Positions 19,721 through 29,798 are shown, counted from the first letter of the stretch. The stretch is 64,000 bases of DNA from an uncultured Bacteriovoracaceae bacterium (GCA_966211875.1 CBIHNP010000009.1:29233-93232); one strand, 5' to 3'. The notes: generated by a model from the letters alone, not told the origin. Numbers and translations are program-made.

Positions 19721-21838
19721 ATGTTGAAATTATTTTATAAAACACTTTTAGTGTCGATTTTATCGGGCTCACTTCTTATGCTCGATTTCAGCTACAAAGG
19801 CGCTATTGTTCAACTCAATTCTGTTCAAGCTGAAAGTCTAAAAACAGGATCATCGAAAAGTGATAACGACTTAATGTCGACACTGACGATGACTGGAGTT
19901 GGTCTTCTTACTCAGAGATTGTATACATGTAAAATGACTACAGACATGATGATTGCAGCAGCAGGGGGAGCAGCTTTTCTCGCGGGTGAAGTTACCTCAT
20001 TCTTGTCACAAAAAAATGCACAGAAAGAATTAGAGACTCAAATTGAACGCGATAAAAATGGAAATCCAACTCAACAACAAATTGAAATTCTAAAAAAATT
20101 AAAAGAATCGTATGAGGCCGCAAGAAAAACAGCGAACATGAAAAAGATGTTTCAAATGGCAGCTGCAGCAGCTTTTGCAGCTGCTGCGATAGCAGCCTAT
20201 ATGGAAGAGGCGAAAGAGCAAGCGGTTTTTAAAGCTTGCGATGCAGCTGCGAAAGCAGCGGGACAGGCATGTACAGAACTTCAAGGAGCTGCACAAGCTC
20301 AATCAGCTTTGGTTCAAACATTACAATCGACACGAATGATACCTAAACCTTCAGCTGCAGGAGAGGCTGCCTCTACTGCGACTCAAGGAGAACTCGTTAC
20401 TGCAGCAATGTCGGCCGTGTCTCAAGGGGCATCTTATACAGCAGCATCGGCACCTATCTGTGATGACCCTTACACGACCAATCCTTATAACTGTAAAGAA
20501 GAAGCGAACTGTGCTCCATCTGGAGAAAGCATGAGTACCGCATGTCAACCAATCATGCCGACGCTAAAAACGACAGAAGGTTTTTGTCCGGCCCCAATCA
20601 CACTTGGACAAAATTCTTCTAGTTCAAGTAAACAATTTTATGCTGGTATGAATGGACGTTTGAATATTGTATTCTTAAATGTTCTGGGAAAAATGCTAAT
20701 GCCTGAAGCAAAGGCAGATTTATTTTCACCATTGGGAATTGCTTCAAGTCTTGCTATTTCATATCTACTAATGACTTCAAAAACGTTGGGAGCGACAATC
20801 GATTCTTACTTACTTGCTCCAATTAACAGAGCAATCATCTGGGGAATTCTTGGAGGATTAGCGTATGCAGCTTCTTCAGCAACAGACAGTCAAATTTCTC
20901 AAATTAATAGCGACATTCAAAAAATCGATGCGATCTTAAATTCGATGAACACTCTTAGCAATGGAGTTGCAGTAGAACAAACTCCGTCAGTACAAAATCC
21001 GAAAATTGAAAAAACACTTGTTCCAGAAGTAAAAGTTGGTGTGAATAATTATCAAACACCAGCTCCGGTAGACTTTAGTGCTGCAGGCGGAAAACTTCCC
21101 TGTATGACTGGTGATAAATCATGTCCAGCATTCAGCACTCAATTCAATGCTCTTGCAGCACCAGGTTCAACACCAGGATTAACACAAGCTCAATTGGGCG
21201 CTCTTACTACAATGGCTGATGGAGTAAACGGAACGAGCTCTATCTCGAGCGGTACAATTAAGAGTGCTGAAACTCTCGCTTCACAAGCTGTGGCCTTGAG
21301 ATCTGAAATGGAAAAACAAAAGAAAAAAGCTCAAGACAATTTAAAAGCAAGTGGAAGCAAACAAGATCTTTCAAAAGCTGAAAGCGATTTAGATCGCATG
21401 ATGCGAGAAGCGATGGAAAAAGAACTTAAATCGAGAAACATGAGTGCAGGAGCAATGCTTGCAAGTATGGGAAGTGGTTTCGGTTCTGGTTCAGCTTCGG
21501 GAAGTGCATCAGCCGCAGTTGCAACAGATGCTAACAAAAACGCAAAAGCAACGGCTGCAAAAAAACCTGTGATTGCCCCTGTTGGTGTTGTTGATATGTC
21601 ATCATCGCTCAATGGAAGCAACAAAGGATTCAATAACGGTCTTACTCTTGATGCCAATAAAAAAGACGATGCGACTTTAACTGCTGATGCTGCTAAAGCT
21701 GGTGCAGCTGGAGCGACGATGGATGATTACGTATTGAAAAACGATATCACGCAAGACAAAGACTCTTCACTTTTTGATTTGATCTCGAATCGTTACCAGA
21801 AATCAGGTTACCCAAGACTCTTCAAAAAAATTAAGTAA
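19721..21838 (+). CDS. large Cys/Ala/Ser-rich membrane or secreted protein, paralog B (unknown function)
   Basis: ~705 aa. Shares MLKL.YKTLLVSI N-terminus, LKESY..MAAAAAF block, ID.YL..P..R.I.WGIL block and the [FL]ISxRYxKSGYPRL C-terminus with paralog A. GAGG SD before ATG 19721; GTG alternative at 19703. Confidence 0.75.
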   Translation: MLKLFYKTLLVSILSGSLLMLDFSYKGAIVQLNSVQAESLKTGSSKSDNDLMSTLTMTGVGLLTQRLYTCKMTTDMMIAAAGGAAFLAGEVTSFLSQKNAQKELETQIERDKNGNPTQQQIEILKKLKESYEAARKTANMKKMFQMAAAAAFAAAAIAAYMEEAKEQAVFKACDAAAKAAGQACTELQGAAQAQSALVQTLQSTRMIPKPSAAGEAASTATQGELVTAAMSAVSQGASYTAASAPICDDPYTTNPYNCKEEANCAPSGESMSTACQPIMPTLKTTEGFCPAPITLGQNSSSSSKQFYAGMNGRLNIVFLNVLGKMLMPEAKADLFSPLGIASSLAISYLLMTSKTLGATIDSYLLAPINRAIIWGILGGLAYAASSATDSQISQINSDIQKIDAILNSMNTLSNGVAVEQTPSVQNPKIEKTLVPEVKVGVNNYQTPAPVDFSAAGGKLPCMTGDKSCPAFSTQFNALAAPGSTPGLTQAQLGALTTMADGVNGTSSISSGTIKSAETLASQAVALRSEMEKQKKKAQDNLKASGSKQDLSKAESDLDRMMREAMEKELKSRNMSAGAMLASMGSGFGSGSASGSASAAVATDANKNAKATAAKKPVIAPVGVVDMSSSLNGSNKGFNNGLTLDANKKDDATLTADAAKAGAAGATMDDYVLKNDITQDKDSSLFDLISNRYQKSGYPRLFKKIK

Positions 21839-21848
21839 AAATATCGCT

Positions 21849-21890
21849 GGCGACGTTTGAATTTATTTTTCAAACGTTGCCTTTCTTTTT
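21849..21890 (+). terminator. rho-independent terminator
   Basis: ggcgacgtttgaa / ttcaaacgttgcc 13-bp stem (one G-U pair) followed by ctttcttttt. Confidence 0.65.
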
Positions 21891-21901
21891 ATAAATAGAG
21901 G

Positions 21902-23023
21902 ATGAAAAAAATCCTGCTATTTATTCCCGGCTACTACGGCTCGACATTAGTTGAAACAAAATCATCCAAAGTCAGATGGGTGAGAGTGAGAGATTTTTTC
22001 TTCAGTCAAAAAGGAATTCCCACGTCTGTTCCAGGAACATCGATTGTTGCAAACCCCGAATTGCGTCCTGGTGAAATTTTAAAACACGTCACACTCTTTC
22101 CTTTTGTTTATAAGATCGATTCTTACGGACAGACATTAAAACATCTTTCTCATTTTGCTAAAAAACATGACATGCAAATCGAAACGGCGATCTACGATTG
22201 GCGAGATGACTTTATCAACAGCTTGAAGTTGATTGATCAAAAAATAAAAAGTTTAAATCTCGCGGAGAATGATGAACTCACTATCGTCGCTCACAGCACA
22301 GGGGCCCTGCTCGCTTCTTATTATCTTCGTTATGGCGCTCAGGATGTTGAGCATGCAAAAGAAAGTTGGGAAGGAGCAAAGCTTGTTAAAAAAGCTGCAT
22401 TGATCGCAGCGCCTTTTCACGGTCTCATGGTTCTCTTGCGAGATATGGAAGCGGGAACAGTTCAAGGTTGGAATAAAAACCTCATGTCCGCTCGCGATTA
22501 TTCGAGTTTTAAATCTTCTTATATGTTTCTTCCTCCTGCAGGAGAAGACGTCGCTTTAAAAAAGGAAGATAAAACGCTCACGACACTTAATCTGCACGAG
22601 ATTGATACGTGGGAAAAAAATAAGTGGGGAGTGTTTAAATTTTTAAGAGCAGAAGAAGCTGAGGCGGGAAAAAAATTTATTCAAACTTATATGGATCGCT
22701 CGCAAAAATTTCACAATCTTCTACGCGCTCCAATTCTAAACGAACCGCCAAAAAATTTTCCGTTGTTTTATAGCTGGGGAAAAGGTCACAAGACAGTCCA
22801 GCTCGGACTTCTTTCTCCTGAGAGCGATCGAATGAAAATCGATTTTACTGCACATGAAAGTTTTGTCGATGGCGATGGAACAGTGACACTCGAGTCAGGA
22901 AGACCCTTGGAATATTTTAAAGCTTTTGAATTGGAAGCGAGATTAGTTGAATGTTCGCATTTGGATATTCTGGCGAATCGTGAAAATCAAAAAATCATTC
23001 AGGAATTTTTAGCGAAAAAATAA
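21902..23023 (+). CDS. LCAT-like alpha/beta-hydrolase lipase/acyltransferase
   Basis: YDWRDD motif and nucleophile elbow AHSTG, typical of the lecithin:cholesterol acyltransferase-like family. Confidence 0.65.
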   Translation: MKKILLFIPGYYGSTLVETKSSKVRWVRVRDFFFSQKGIPTSVPGTSIVANPELRPGEILKHVTLFPFVYKIDSYGQTLKHLSHFAKKHDMQIETAIYDWRDDFINSLKLIDQKIKSLNLAENDELTIVAHSTGALLASYYLRYGAQDVEHAKESWEGAKLVKKAALIAAPFHGLMVLLRDMEAGTVQGWNKNLMSARDYSSFKSSYMFLPPAGEDVALKKEDKTLTTLNLHEIDTWEKNKWGVFKFLRAEEAEAGKKFIQTYMDRSQKFHNLLRAPILNEPPKNFPLFYSWGKGHKTVQLGLLSPESDRMKIDFTAHESFVDGDGTVTLESGRPLEYFKAFELEARLVECSHLDILANRENQKIIQEFLAKK

Positions 23024-23046
23024 GCTGGAGAATTTCTTCTCCAGCT
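23023..23046. terminator. bidirectional terminator hairpin
   Basis: agctggagaa-tttc-ttctccagct perfect 10-bp stem, with an A-run after it, between convergent genes. Confidence 0.6.
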
Positions 23047-23055
23047 AAAAAAATC

Positions 23056-23673
23056 TTAAGCGAGCGCCTGTTCCATTAGTTGAGTAGCTTTTGCGATTGA
23101 AGTCGCTTGAGCTGCAGGATCATTAACTCCTTCTGCTCGAATCAAAGTGACATCAGTCATTCCGATAAAACCTAAAAATGTTTTTAAGTACGGAACAAGC
23201 ATGTCGTAAGAAGCGTAAGGTCCTTCTGAGAAAACACTTCCACTGCTAGTCACGATAAAAACTTTCTTTCCTGTAGCAAGACCTTTTAATCCTTCCGGCC
23301 CATAAGAAAAAGTTTTTCCCGCGCGTGAAACGTTGTCGATCCATGCTTTAAGCACAGAAGGAATTCCAAAGTTCCACATTGGTGCTGCTAAAATAATTGT
23401 ATCGGCCGCTAAAAGTTCATCAGTGAGAGTGTCAGAGAGAAGAACTGCTTTTGCGAGTTCAGGTGAATGGTTTGCAGGGGGAGTGAAAAAAGCTTGAATG
23501 TTGATTTCCTCGAGATGAGGTACTGGATTGCGAGTGAGATCTCTCGTGACAATATTCGCACCTGGGTTTTTCGCTTTTAGTTTTTCGACAAATTGTTTAG
23601 TGAGTTGGCGAGTAACAGAGGCCTCTCCTCTTGGGCTACTTTCGACAACCAGAATGTTTTTCATAGAGCTCAT
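23056..23673 (-). CDS. azoR: FMN-dependent NADH-azoreductase
   Basis: 205 aa. ILVVESSPRG..S N-terminus and flavodoxin-like layout. Divergent from an HxlR regulator, the usual arrangement. Confidence 0.8.
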   Translation of the reverse strand: MSSMKNILVVESSPRGEASVTRQLTKQFVEKLKAKNPGANIVTRDLTRNPVPHLEEINIQAFFTPPANHSPELAKAVLLSDTLTDELLAADTIILAAPMWNFGIPSVLKAWIDNVSRAGKTFSYGPEGLKGLATGKKVFIVTSSGSVFSEGPYASYDMLVPYLKTFLGFIGMTDVTLIRAEGVNDPAAQATSIAKATQLMEQALA

Positions 23674-23749
23674 TTTGGACTTCCTTTTATTAGGTTACTT
23701 TTGTATACTCGATATTATTATAAAACCTACTCTAAAAAAAGAAGGCACT

Positions 23750-24217
23750 ATGAAATTAGATAGTTACACAGAGAGAACCGAGTCTCAACCAACAAAACCC
23801 ATTGATAATAAAGAGTTTTTTTCAGGCCAGGGCGACGGCAAGAAAAAGGAACACGATGGTGTTTGCCCTTTACGCGAGCTTTTAACGCGTTTAGGGGATA
23901 AATGGAGCGTTTTACTCATCCTTACTCTGGCGAGAATGCCCGAGAACCGCGGACGCTTTTCTGAGCTTAAAAAGAGTATTCCAGGGATCTCGCAAAGAAT
24001 GCTGACGGCGACTCTTAGAAATTTAGAGCGTGATGGAATTTTAAAGAGAGAGATGTTTGCTGAAGTTCCGCCAAGAGTTGAATATGAACTAACTGATCTT
24101 GGAACGAGTATTCTTAATCCGATGAGAGAAATTGTTATTTGGATTGAAGGAAACTGGTCAACTATCCGCACGTCGAGAGAACAATTCGACAATCGCAATA
24201 ATAATTCACAAAACTAA
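23750..24217 (+). CDS. HxlR-family transcriptional regulator
   Basis: CPLRELLTRLGDKWSVLLI ... PPRVEYELT winged-helix signature. The track ORF (23528) is over-extended into azoR; the in-frame ATG at 23750 was chosen. Confidence 0.85.
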   Translation: MKLDSYTERTESQPTKPIDNKEFFSGQGDGKKKEHDGVCPLRELLTRLGDKWSVLLILTLARMPENRGRFSELKKSIPGISQRMLTATLRNLERDGILKREMFAEVPPRVEYELTDLGTSILNPMREIVIWIEGNWSTIRTSREQFDNRNNNSQN

Positions 24218-24302
24218 AGAAAAATTAATAGAGAACCTTCTCAAAGTTTCGATAAGGAATTTTTATACAAAATTTCTAATGCAATTTTGAGAAGGAGTAT
24301 CT

Positions 24303-25856
24303 GTGATTCGCTTTAAAGACCTTTCTATGAAAACAAAGATTGTGGTTTCTCTAGTACCCATGATCGCTTGTTCACTTTTAGTTTCATTCCACATTTATAA
24401 AACCGGACTTAATGAAGATACGACATTAGAACGTGCCATTGCAATTACTGATACAGTTGCTCTTCAAGAGTTGGAGATGGTGACGATGTCTGAAGCTCTT
24501 CGCGGTTACATTCTTGAGCCAAAAAATACAAAAGAATACGAACGTAAAAAAGAAGCTGACAAGCTTTATGGCCAGTACTCTGAAGTTTTGGCAGGACTGA
24601 CAAAAGAAAACAAAGAAATTCACGATCTCAACGAAGCAATGGCCAAGCTCGATGAAGATGAACTGGATAAAAAAGAAACAAAAGTTGCAGAAATGGTGAA
24701 CGAAGATCGTGCAAAAGTTCTGGAGTACTTTGCCAATGAATATATGCCTGTTCGTGAAAAACAAAACGTAAACTTTAAAAAATTAAAGGAGCTTTCTACC
24801 AAATACAGTAAAGAGATTATTGCAGAAATCAACCACAAGAAAAGAGTAGAGGCAATGTGGACTATCATTCTCGTACTAAGTGGAACATTCCTTGGAGCTT
24901 TTATTATTTACTATGTGAACTATTCTGTGAATAAAGATGCATCTTCTATTTTTGATTCGATTTATATGCTTTCTGATCGTTTAACCGAAACGGCGAAAAA
25001 TCTTTCTCTGAAGAGTCAGGAGCTTTCAGAAGCAACGACAGAAGAGGCTTCAGCAATTCAAGAAACAGCTTCATCTCTTCATGAGGTGACAGCAATGGTT
25101 CAACGTAATACGGACAATGCAAACAAGTCGCGTGATTTATCTCTCGCGAGTAGAGATGCTTCTCACCACGGTCTTGAATCTGTTCAAAAAATGTTGACGG
25201 CGATGGAAGATATCAACACTACACAAGGAGATATTATTAATCGCGTAGACGACGGTAATAAAAAAATCAGCGACATCGTTAATGTTATTTCGGCAATTGG
25301 TGAAAAAACAAAAGTTATCAATGATATCGTTTTCCAGACAAAACTTCTTTCTTTCAATGCTTCAGTTGAGGCCGCAAGAGCGGGAGAGCAGGGAAAAGGA
25401 TTTGCGGTTGTTGCTGAAGAGGTTGGGAATCTTGCTACGATGAGTGGTAAAGCTGCTCAGGAAATTACAGAAATGCTTGACGAAAGTATCAAACGCGTTT
25501 CTAGTATTGTAGATGAAACAAAAACCAATGTTGAAAAGATCGTTTACCAAGGTAAAGATAAAATCTCAAGTGGTACTCAGATCGCCAGCGATTGTGCTCA
25601 CAGTTTGGAAGATGTTGTGAAAAAGATCGAAGAAGTTGATAAAACGATTGGCGATATTACGGTTGCTTCTAAGGAACAATCGCAGGGGATTGCAGAAATC
25701 AATTCAGCCGTTAGTCAGCTCGATCAGACGACTCAGCAGAACAGTGCGATTGCAAACGAAACATTCAAATCGTCGAAAGAGTTGAGTGAAAAATCTGATG
25801 ATCTGAGAAAAATGGTGGATTCATTGGTTGTTATTTTTAGAGGAACAAAGGCCTGA
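24303..25856 (+). CDS. methyl-accepting chemotaxis protein
   Basis: Two TM segments and the highly conserved signalling hairpin [31 protein letters not shown]. Confidence 0.9.
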   Translation: MIRFKDLSMKTKIVVSLVPMIACSLLVSFHIYKTGLNEDTTLERAIAITDTVALQELEMVTMSEALRGYILEPKNTKEYERKKEADKLYGQYSEVLAGLTKENKEIHDLNEAMAKLDEDELDKKETKVAEMVNEDRAKVLEYFANEYMPVREKQNVNFKKLKELSTKYSKEIIAEINHKKRVEAMWTIILVLSGTFLGAFIIYYVNYSVNKDASSIFDSIYMLSDRLTETAKNLSLKSQELSEATTEEASAIQETASSLHEVTAMVQRNTDNANKSRDLSLASRDASHHGLESVQKMLTAMEDINTTQGDIINRVDDGNKKISDIVNVISAIGEKTKVINDIVFQTKLLSFNASVEAARAGEQGKGFAVVAEEVGNLATMSGKAAQEITEMLDESIKRVSSIVDETKTNVEKIVYQGKDKISSGTQIASDCAHSLEDVVKKIEEVDKTIGDITVASKEQSQGIAEINSAVSQLDQTTQQNSAIANETFKSSKELSEKSDDLRKMVDSLVVIFRGTKA

Positions 25857-26329
25857 TGCTCGATAAAAAACTTATTCTAGAAAAGCTCATTGAAAATTTA
25901 CGTAAAGAATTAGCGGAAGTTGAATCGGCCGCTAATTCTACAAAAAATCTTGCAACAGCTGATGATTTAAAATCTGAAGGAAAGTACGATACTCGTGCAA
26001 TTGAAGCTTCGTATCTTGCGGGCGCTCAACAAAAGCGAGTAGAGGAAATTAAACTTGATATTCAAATGTTGGAAGAAATTGAAGTGCAGTCTTCACCACA
26101 ATTGCAAATGGGATCACTCGCACTCATTGAATACAACAAACAAAGTCGCTATTATTTTTTAACTTCGACATCCGGTGGAACGATGCTGACGATTGATGGC
26201 CATCCCGTTTTGGTTATCTCAGTATTTTCTCCATTGGGAAATGAAGCTCTTGGATTAAAAAAAGGAGAGATCTTTGAAGTTGAAACGCCAAAAGAAACTC
26301 GAGAATATAAAATCCTAGAAGTTTATTAA
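25856..26329 (+). CDS. GreA/GreB C-terminal-domain family protein
   Basis: N-terminal coiled coil. The C-terminus ISVFSPLGNEALGLKKGEIFEVE...YKILEV matches the GreA/B C-domain pattern. Start overlaps the MCP stop by 1 nt. Confidence 0.6.
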   Translation: MLDKKLILEKLIENLRKELAEVESAANSTKNLATADDLKSEGKYDTRAIEASYLAGAQQKRVEEIKLDIQMLEEIEVQSSPQLQMGSLALIEYNKQSRYYFLTSTSGGTMLTIDGHPVLVISVFSPLGNEALGLKKGEIFEVETPKETREYKILEVY

Positions 26330-27052
26330 AATTTTCTGAAGCGAGCGATCGCTCTGAATTTTTTTCAAAAGAGAGTTAATTTCTTTAACTGAAATGGGAG
26401 ATGTTTTTCTTACGAGAACGGTGTGCTTGTAGACCTGATCCATTTTTTGAGAAACCAAAAGATTTTTTATAGCTCCTGGATGTTTCTTCAAATAAATGTC
26501 GAGATATTCTTTGGTAACAATCGCGAGATTCGATCGACCTTCTAAGACGGCTACAATATTTCCCTCGTGGGAATTAGTGAGTTCCATATTGAATTGTTTT
26601 AAGACGTCCGGATCAGTTGAGAAATTTGCGAACTGATAGTGGTATCCTAAAATTCCTCTGATTGTTTTATTTTTGAGATTATTAAAATAGTTTTGGCTTT
26701 TTCTGAAGTCACTTTTAGTGATGAAAACTTCTCCACCGATTAAGAAAACATTCGAAACGTTAACGTCTTCCTGGGTCCACCCCCAATGAATGCTCTCAAA
26801 AAAAATAATATCGTAAACTTTATTATGAAGATCTTCATAACGACGGTTAGGTGAGGTTTCTACTAATTCAAAAATATATTTAATTTGCTCTCGATTGAGA
26901 AGATCAGTTAAAGAAACCATAATCCCGTTTGGCTTGCCGGAATTCCATTCGATAAAAGGAGGAAAATCGTAGCCCCCGATTTTAACTCGTATTTTTTCTG
27001 CATAAGCATTGAGTGAGAGAAAAATAAAAGTGAATAACACTAATTTTTTCAT
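26315..27052 (-). CDS. periplasmic substrate-binding protein (family-3 SBP-like)
   Basis: Signal peptide. Size and GYDFPPF pattern fit amino-acid-type SBPs. Lies 6 nt downstream of the histidine kinase. Confidence 0.6.
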   Translation of the reverse strand: MKKLVLFTFIFLSLNAYAEKIRVKIGGYDFPPFIEWNSGKPNGIMVSLTDLLNREQIKYIFELVETSPNRRYEDLHNKVYDIIFFESIHWGWTQEDVNVSNVFLIGGEVFITKSDFRKSQNYFNNLKNKTIRGILGYHYQFANFSTDPDVLKQFNMELTNSHEGNIVAVLEGRSNLAIVTKEYLDIYLKKHPGAIKNLLVSQKMDQVYKHTVLVRKTSPISVKEINSLLKKIQSDRSLQKILINF

Positions 27053-27058
27053 AATCTT

Positions 27059-28513
27059 TTATCCCTGAGCATGTGGAGCTTTTGGAAGAAGAATAACGAA
27101 TTGAGTATTTTTTGAATCGCGATTATAAAAAATGTCACCACCGTGACGAGCGATAATACCGTGGCTGATACTTAAACCTAAACCAGTTCCTTTTCCTAAT
27201 TCTTTCGTTGTGAAGAAAGGATTCATGATTTTATCGAGAATGTTTGTATTAATACCAGGTCCACTGTCTGTTACAGTGATACGTGAAGTGTTGTTTAGTG
27301 TTTCGAATTTAACTTCAATCCATTTTTCGTCGAGAAATTCTACAGCATCAATCGAGTTATTGATGAGATTGATAAGAACCTGACCTAGTTGAGTAATGTT
27401 CGCGAAAATTTTTTCCTCTGGATGAAAAACAAATTTAAGGGCGATTTGTTTTTCATTGGCACGGTTCATACAAAGACTGGTTAGATCTTCAACAAAAGTT
27501 TCAATGTTGCTGACCTCTGCCGGATCTCCCGTCCCATCGCGAGAAAAAGCCTTTAGACCTTTAATGATCTTTGCAATTCTTTCACTCGTTTCATGAATTT
27601 TTTCTGCTTTTTGAGCGAGTTCTGGTTGATTCGTTCTTAGCAGACTGGACTTGAGCAAAGTCGAGTGCCCCTGAATAATAGTCAGTGGGTTATTGATTTC
27701 GTGAGCGATTGCTCCGGCCATTTCTCCAAGAGAGGCTAGACGGCTTGCTTGAAAACTTTTTAATTGTTCCTGGTCGCGCTCTTTCGTGCGTTTATCAACG
27801 AGTTCTTCGAGTTGAGAATTTTGCTCATGGAGTTGATGATCTCGTTCACGAATTGCTTCAAGTGTTTCATTGAATGCGGCGGTTACGACATTGAGCTCAC
27901 CAACATAATCAGTTTTAAATTGAACAGTGTGATCTCCATGTCCCACGCGTCCGGCATCGGTCGCGATTTCAAAAAGCGGGTGAGTTAACCAGCGACGTAA
28001 GAAATAGATCATTCCGCTGGCAACGGCGATACCCATACTGATAGTGATAATAAAAATAACCCCACCGAGATTTCTAAAAGCATTGGAAAATTGAGCTGTC
28101 GAATAATAAACTTCGATCTGTCCTAAGTTGCGTCCACGGTATGTAATGGTGTCCTTGAGAATATCGATTTCTTTTTGTTGAACCATCTCATGCAAATTTT
28201 TATCGCGATAACTTTTGCTGACAACTTGATATGTGTGAAGCAAATCAGAGCTGATTACTTTTGCAGCAACAACTGTATCGAGTTTTTCATCAAGAAAGGA
28301 ATTGAGAACTTCTTGAATATAAACTTCATCGTAGTTCCACAAAGGAAGAACAATCGCTTGTTTCGCGATAACGAGTGCGTGAGCTTTTTCGTTTTGAAGG
28401 TGATTGTTTACCAGGCGTTCGATAAGGCTGTACGTAGAGATGGCAACAAAGCCAACCCCGATTAAGGTTGCAACGAAGGTCGCGATAGCTGTGAGAGTTG
28501 ATAGCTTTTTCAT
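27059..28513 (-). CDS. sensor histidine kinase
   Basis: Two TM segments with a periplasmic domain, HAMP, H-box AHEINNPL, and N/G boxes (NLINNSIDA, DSGPGI, GTGLGLS). Confidence 0.9.
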   Translation of the reverse strand: MKKLSTLTAIATFVATLIGVGFVAISTYSLIERLVNNHLQNEKAHALVIAKQAIVLPLWNYDEVYIQEVLNSFLDEKLDTVVAAKVISSDLLHTYQVVSKSYRDKNLHEMVQQKEIDILKDTITYRGRNLGQIEVYYSTAQFSNAFRNLGGVIFIITISMGIAVASGMIYFLRRWLTHPLFEIATDAGRVGHGDHTVQFKTDYVGELNVVTAAFNETLEAIRERDHQLHEQNSQLEELVDKRTKERDQEQLKSFQASRLASLGEMAGAIAHEINNPLTIIQGHSTLLKSSLLRTNQPELAQKAEKIHETSERIAKIIKGLKAFSRDGTGDPAEVSNIETFVEDLTSLCMNRANEKQIALKFVFHPEEKIFANITQLGQVLINLINNSIDAVEFLDEKWIEVKFETLNNTSRITVTDSGPGINTNILDKIMNPFFTTKELGKGTGLGLSISHGIIARHGGDIFYNRDSKNTQFVILLPKAPHAQG

Positions 28514-28580
28514 GAATACTGCTTTAATTCTACTTTCTTACTCGAAAATTTACTAGAATTATAAGCAGTATTCTTTTTTT
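28514..28580 (+). other. long hairpin followed by a T7 run (terminator-like on the + strand) abutting the kinase start codon
   Basis: 28514-28533 pairs with 28551-28573: 11 bp + 1 bp + a 1-nt bulge + 7 bp. This is followed by ttttttt at 28574-28580. Confidence 0.45.
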
Positions 28581-28585
28581 AACTC

Positions 28586-29014
28586 TTATTGAGCTTGTTG
28601 CTCGAACATTTTTGCGTAAGCGATTTTATTGTCGCTTGTAATACAAACTTTTTCGAAAAGATTAACTTTGCGATTTAGTTGATTAATTAAGTAAGTGAAG
28701 TCTTGATTATCAGCTGAAATAATGGCTTTCTTTCCAATTAAAGGACGGTTTAAACCCAAAACAATGTTAATTGTCGGTTGAACTAAAACTTCGCGCGAAT
28801 CAAAATTGATTTCCATATCCTGAAATGAAAGTCCGTAAGCATCTTTGATTGAAACAACAACTTCACCTGCTTTTACTTTTACCTTTCCGTTATCATCAGC
28901 AGGGACAACTTTATAAAGTGTACATCCAGTATCTGCGTCTCGTGTTTTTACAACAGCAGCAAAGCTCGAAGTAGAAATAAGCGCCACTAGACCAAGAATA
29001 AGAGTTTTCTTCAT
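28586..29014 (-). CDS. hypothetical secreted protein
   Basis: Signal peptide MKKTLILGLVALISTSSFA. No family recognised. Confidence 0.55.
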   Translation of the reverse strand: MKKTLILGLVALISTSSFAAVVKTRDADTGCTLYKVVPADDNGKVKVKAGEVVVSIKDAYGLSFQDMEINFDSREVLVQPTINIVLGLNRPLIGKKAIISADNQDFTYLINQLNRKVNLFEKVCITSDNKIAYAKMFEQQAQ

Positions 29015-29112
29015 ACACATCTCTTTTAAGTTAAGGTTGATGGTTAAAGTCTAGCATTCCTAATAGGGCCCGCAAGTCTGATCCTTGAAGTGTGTAAAAA
29101 ATATAGCGAAAT

Positions 29113-29241
29113 TTAAAGTTCTCGTTTGTCAGTAAAGAGAGAAACGGGATCACTTATCCTGATTTCATCGAGAATGAGAGAAGAGGATTCGCTGACATTG
29201 ATCGGGTTGTTTGTTTCTTCGATTCTTTCTTTAGAACTCAT
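29113..29241 (-). CDS. possible 42-aa small protein
   Basis: ATG preceded by a strong GGGAGG SD. Translation read by hand: MSSKERIEETNNPINVSESSSLILDEIRISDPVSLFTDKREL. Too short for the ORF track. Confidence 0.3.
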   Translation of the reverse strand: MSSKERIEETNNPINVSESSSLILDEIRISDPVSLFTDKREL

Positions 29242-29402
29242 AATTTTATCCTCCCGGTTTGCCTATTCCATAAGACATTTAGTTCAAAAGCAAATCGAAT
29301 GCCGTTTGTAGGTTATTTGAATTTGAACTGCACTTGCTTGAGTGTTGCTTTTTGACCGCGAGAAGGTGTTAGATGGGAAAGGATTTTTCATTGGAGGGAA
29401 CG

Positions 29403-29798
29403 ATGTTCGTAAAAATGGATTCAAAAAAATTATTTTATTATTTCATTTTTCTTTTGATCGTTGGTGGATGTGCTTCTCACAGTAGACCCACTCTCTATCC
29501 CAATGAAACTTTAAAACAAAAAGGACAAGCAAAGGCCGATGAAGACATCAATCAATGTTTGAAAGAAGCCGATGAATACTTTAAAACACCGGAGGGAAAG
29601 AAGGTCGCAAACGGAAGCAGTGGATCTGGAGCGATGGTAGGCACAGGTGTCGGCTTTGGAGTCGGACCTTCAACTTCATTAGGTGTCGGAGTCGGATATG
29701 GCACCATTGATCGGGGAGTGAGCGGAACAGAAGTTAGACGTGGCTACGTCAACCAATGTCTGGTGAACAAAGGATATCAAGTGCTCACATGGGATTAA
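29403..29798 (+). CDS. lipoprotein with Gly-zipper-like segment
   Basis: GGAGGG SD before ATG 29403. Lipobox LIVGGC. GSGAMVGTGVGFGVGPSTSLGVGVGYG glycine-rich stretch. Confidence 0.6.
   Translation: MFVKMDSKKLFYYFIFLLIVGGCASHSRPTLYPNETLKQKGQAKADEDINQCLKEADEYFKTPEGKKVANGSSGSGAMVGTGVGFGVGPSTSLGVGVGYGTIDRGVSGTEVRRGYVNQCLVNKGYQVLTWD

Noticed and set aside
23528-23749. N-terminal 74-codon extension of the HxlR regulator ORF
   Set aside because: The extension is antisense to the azoR coding region and encodes hydrophobic nonsense. The HxlR family length (~110-155 aa) and the in-frame ATG at 23750 fit better.
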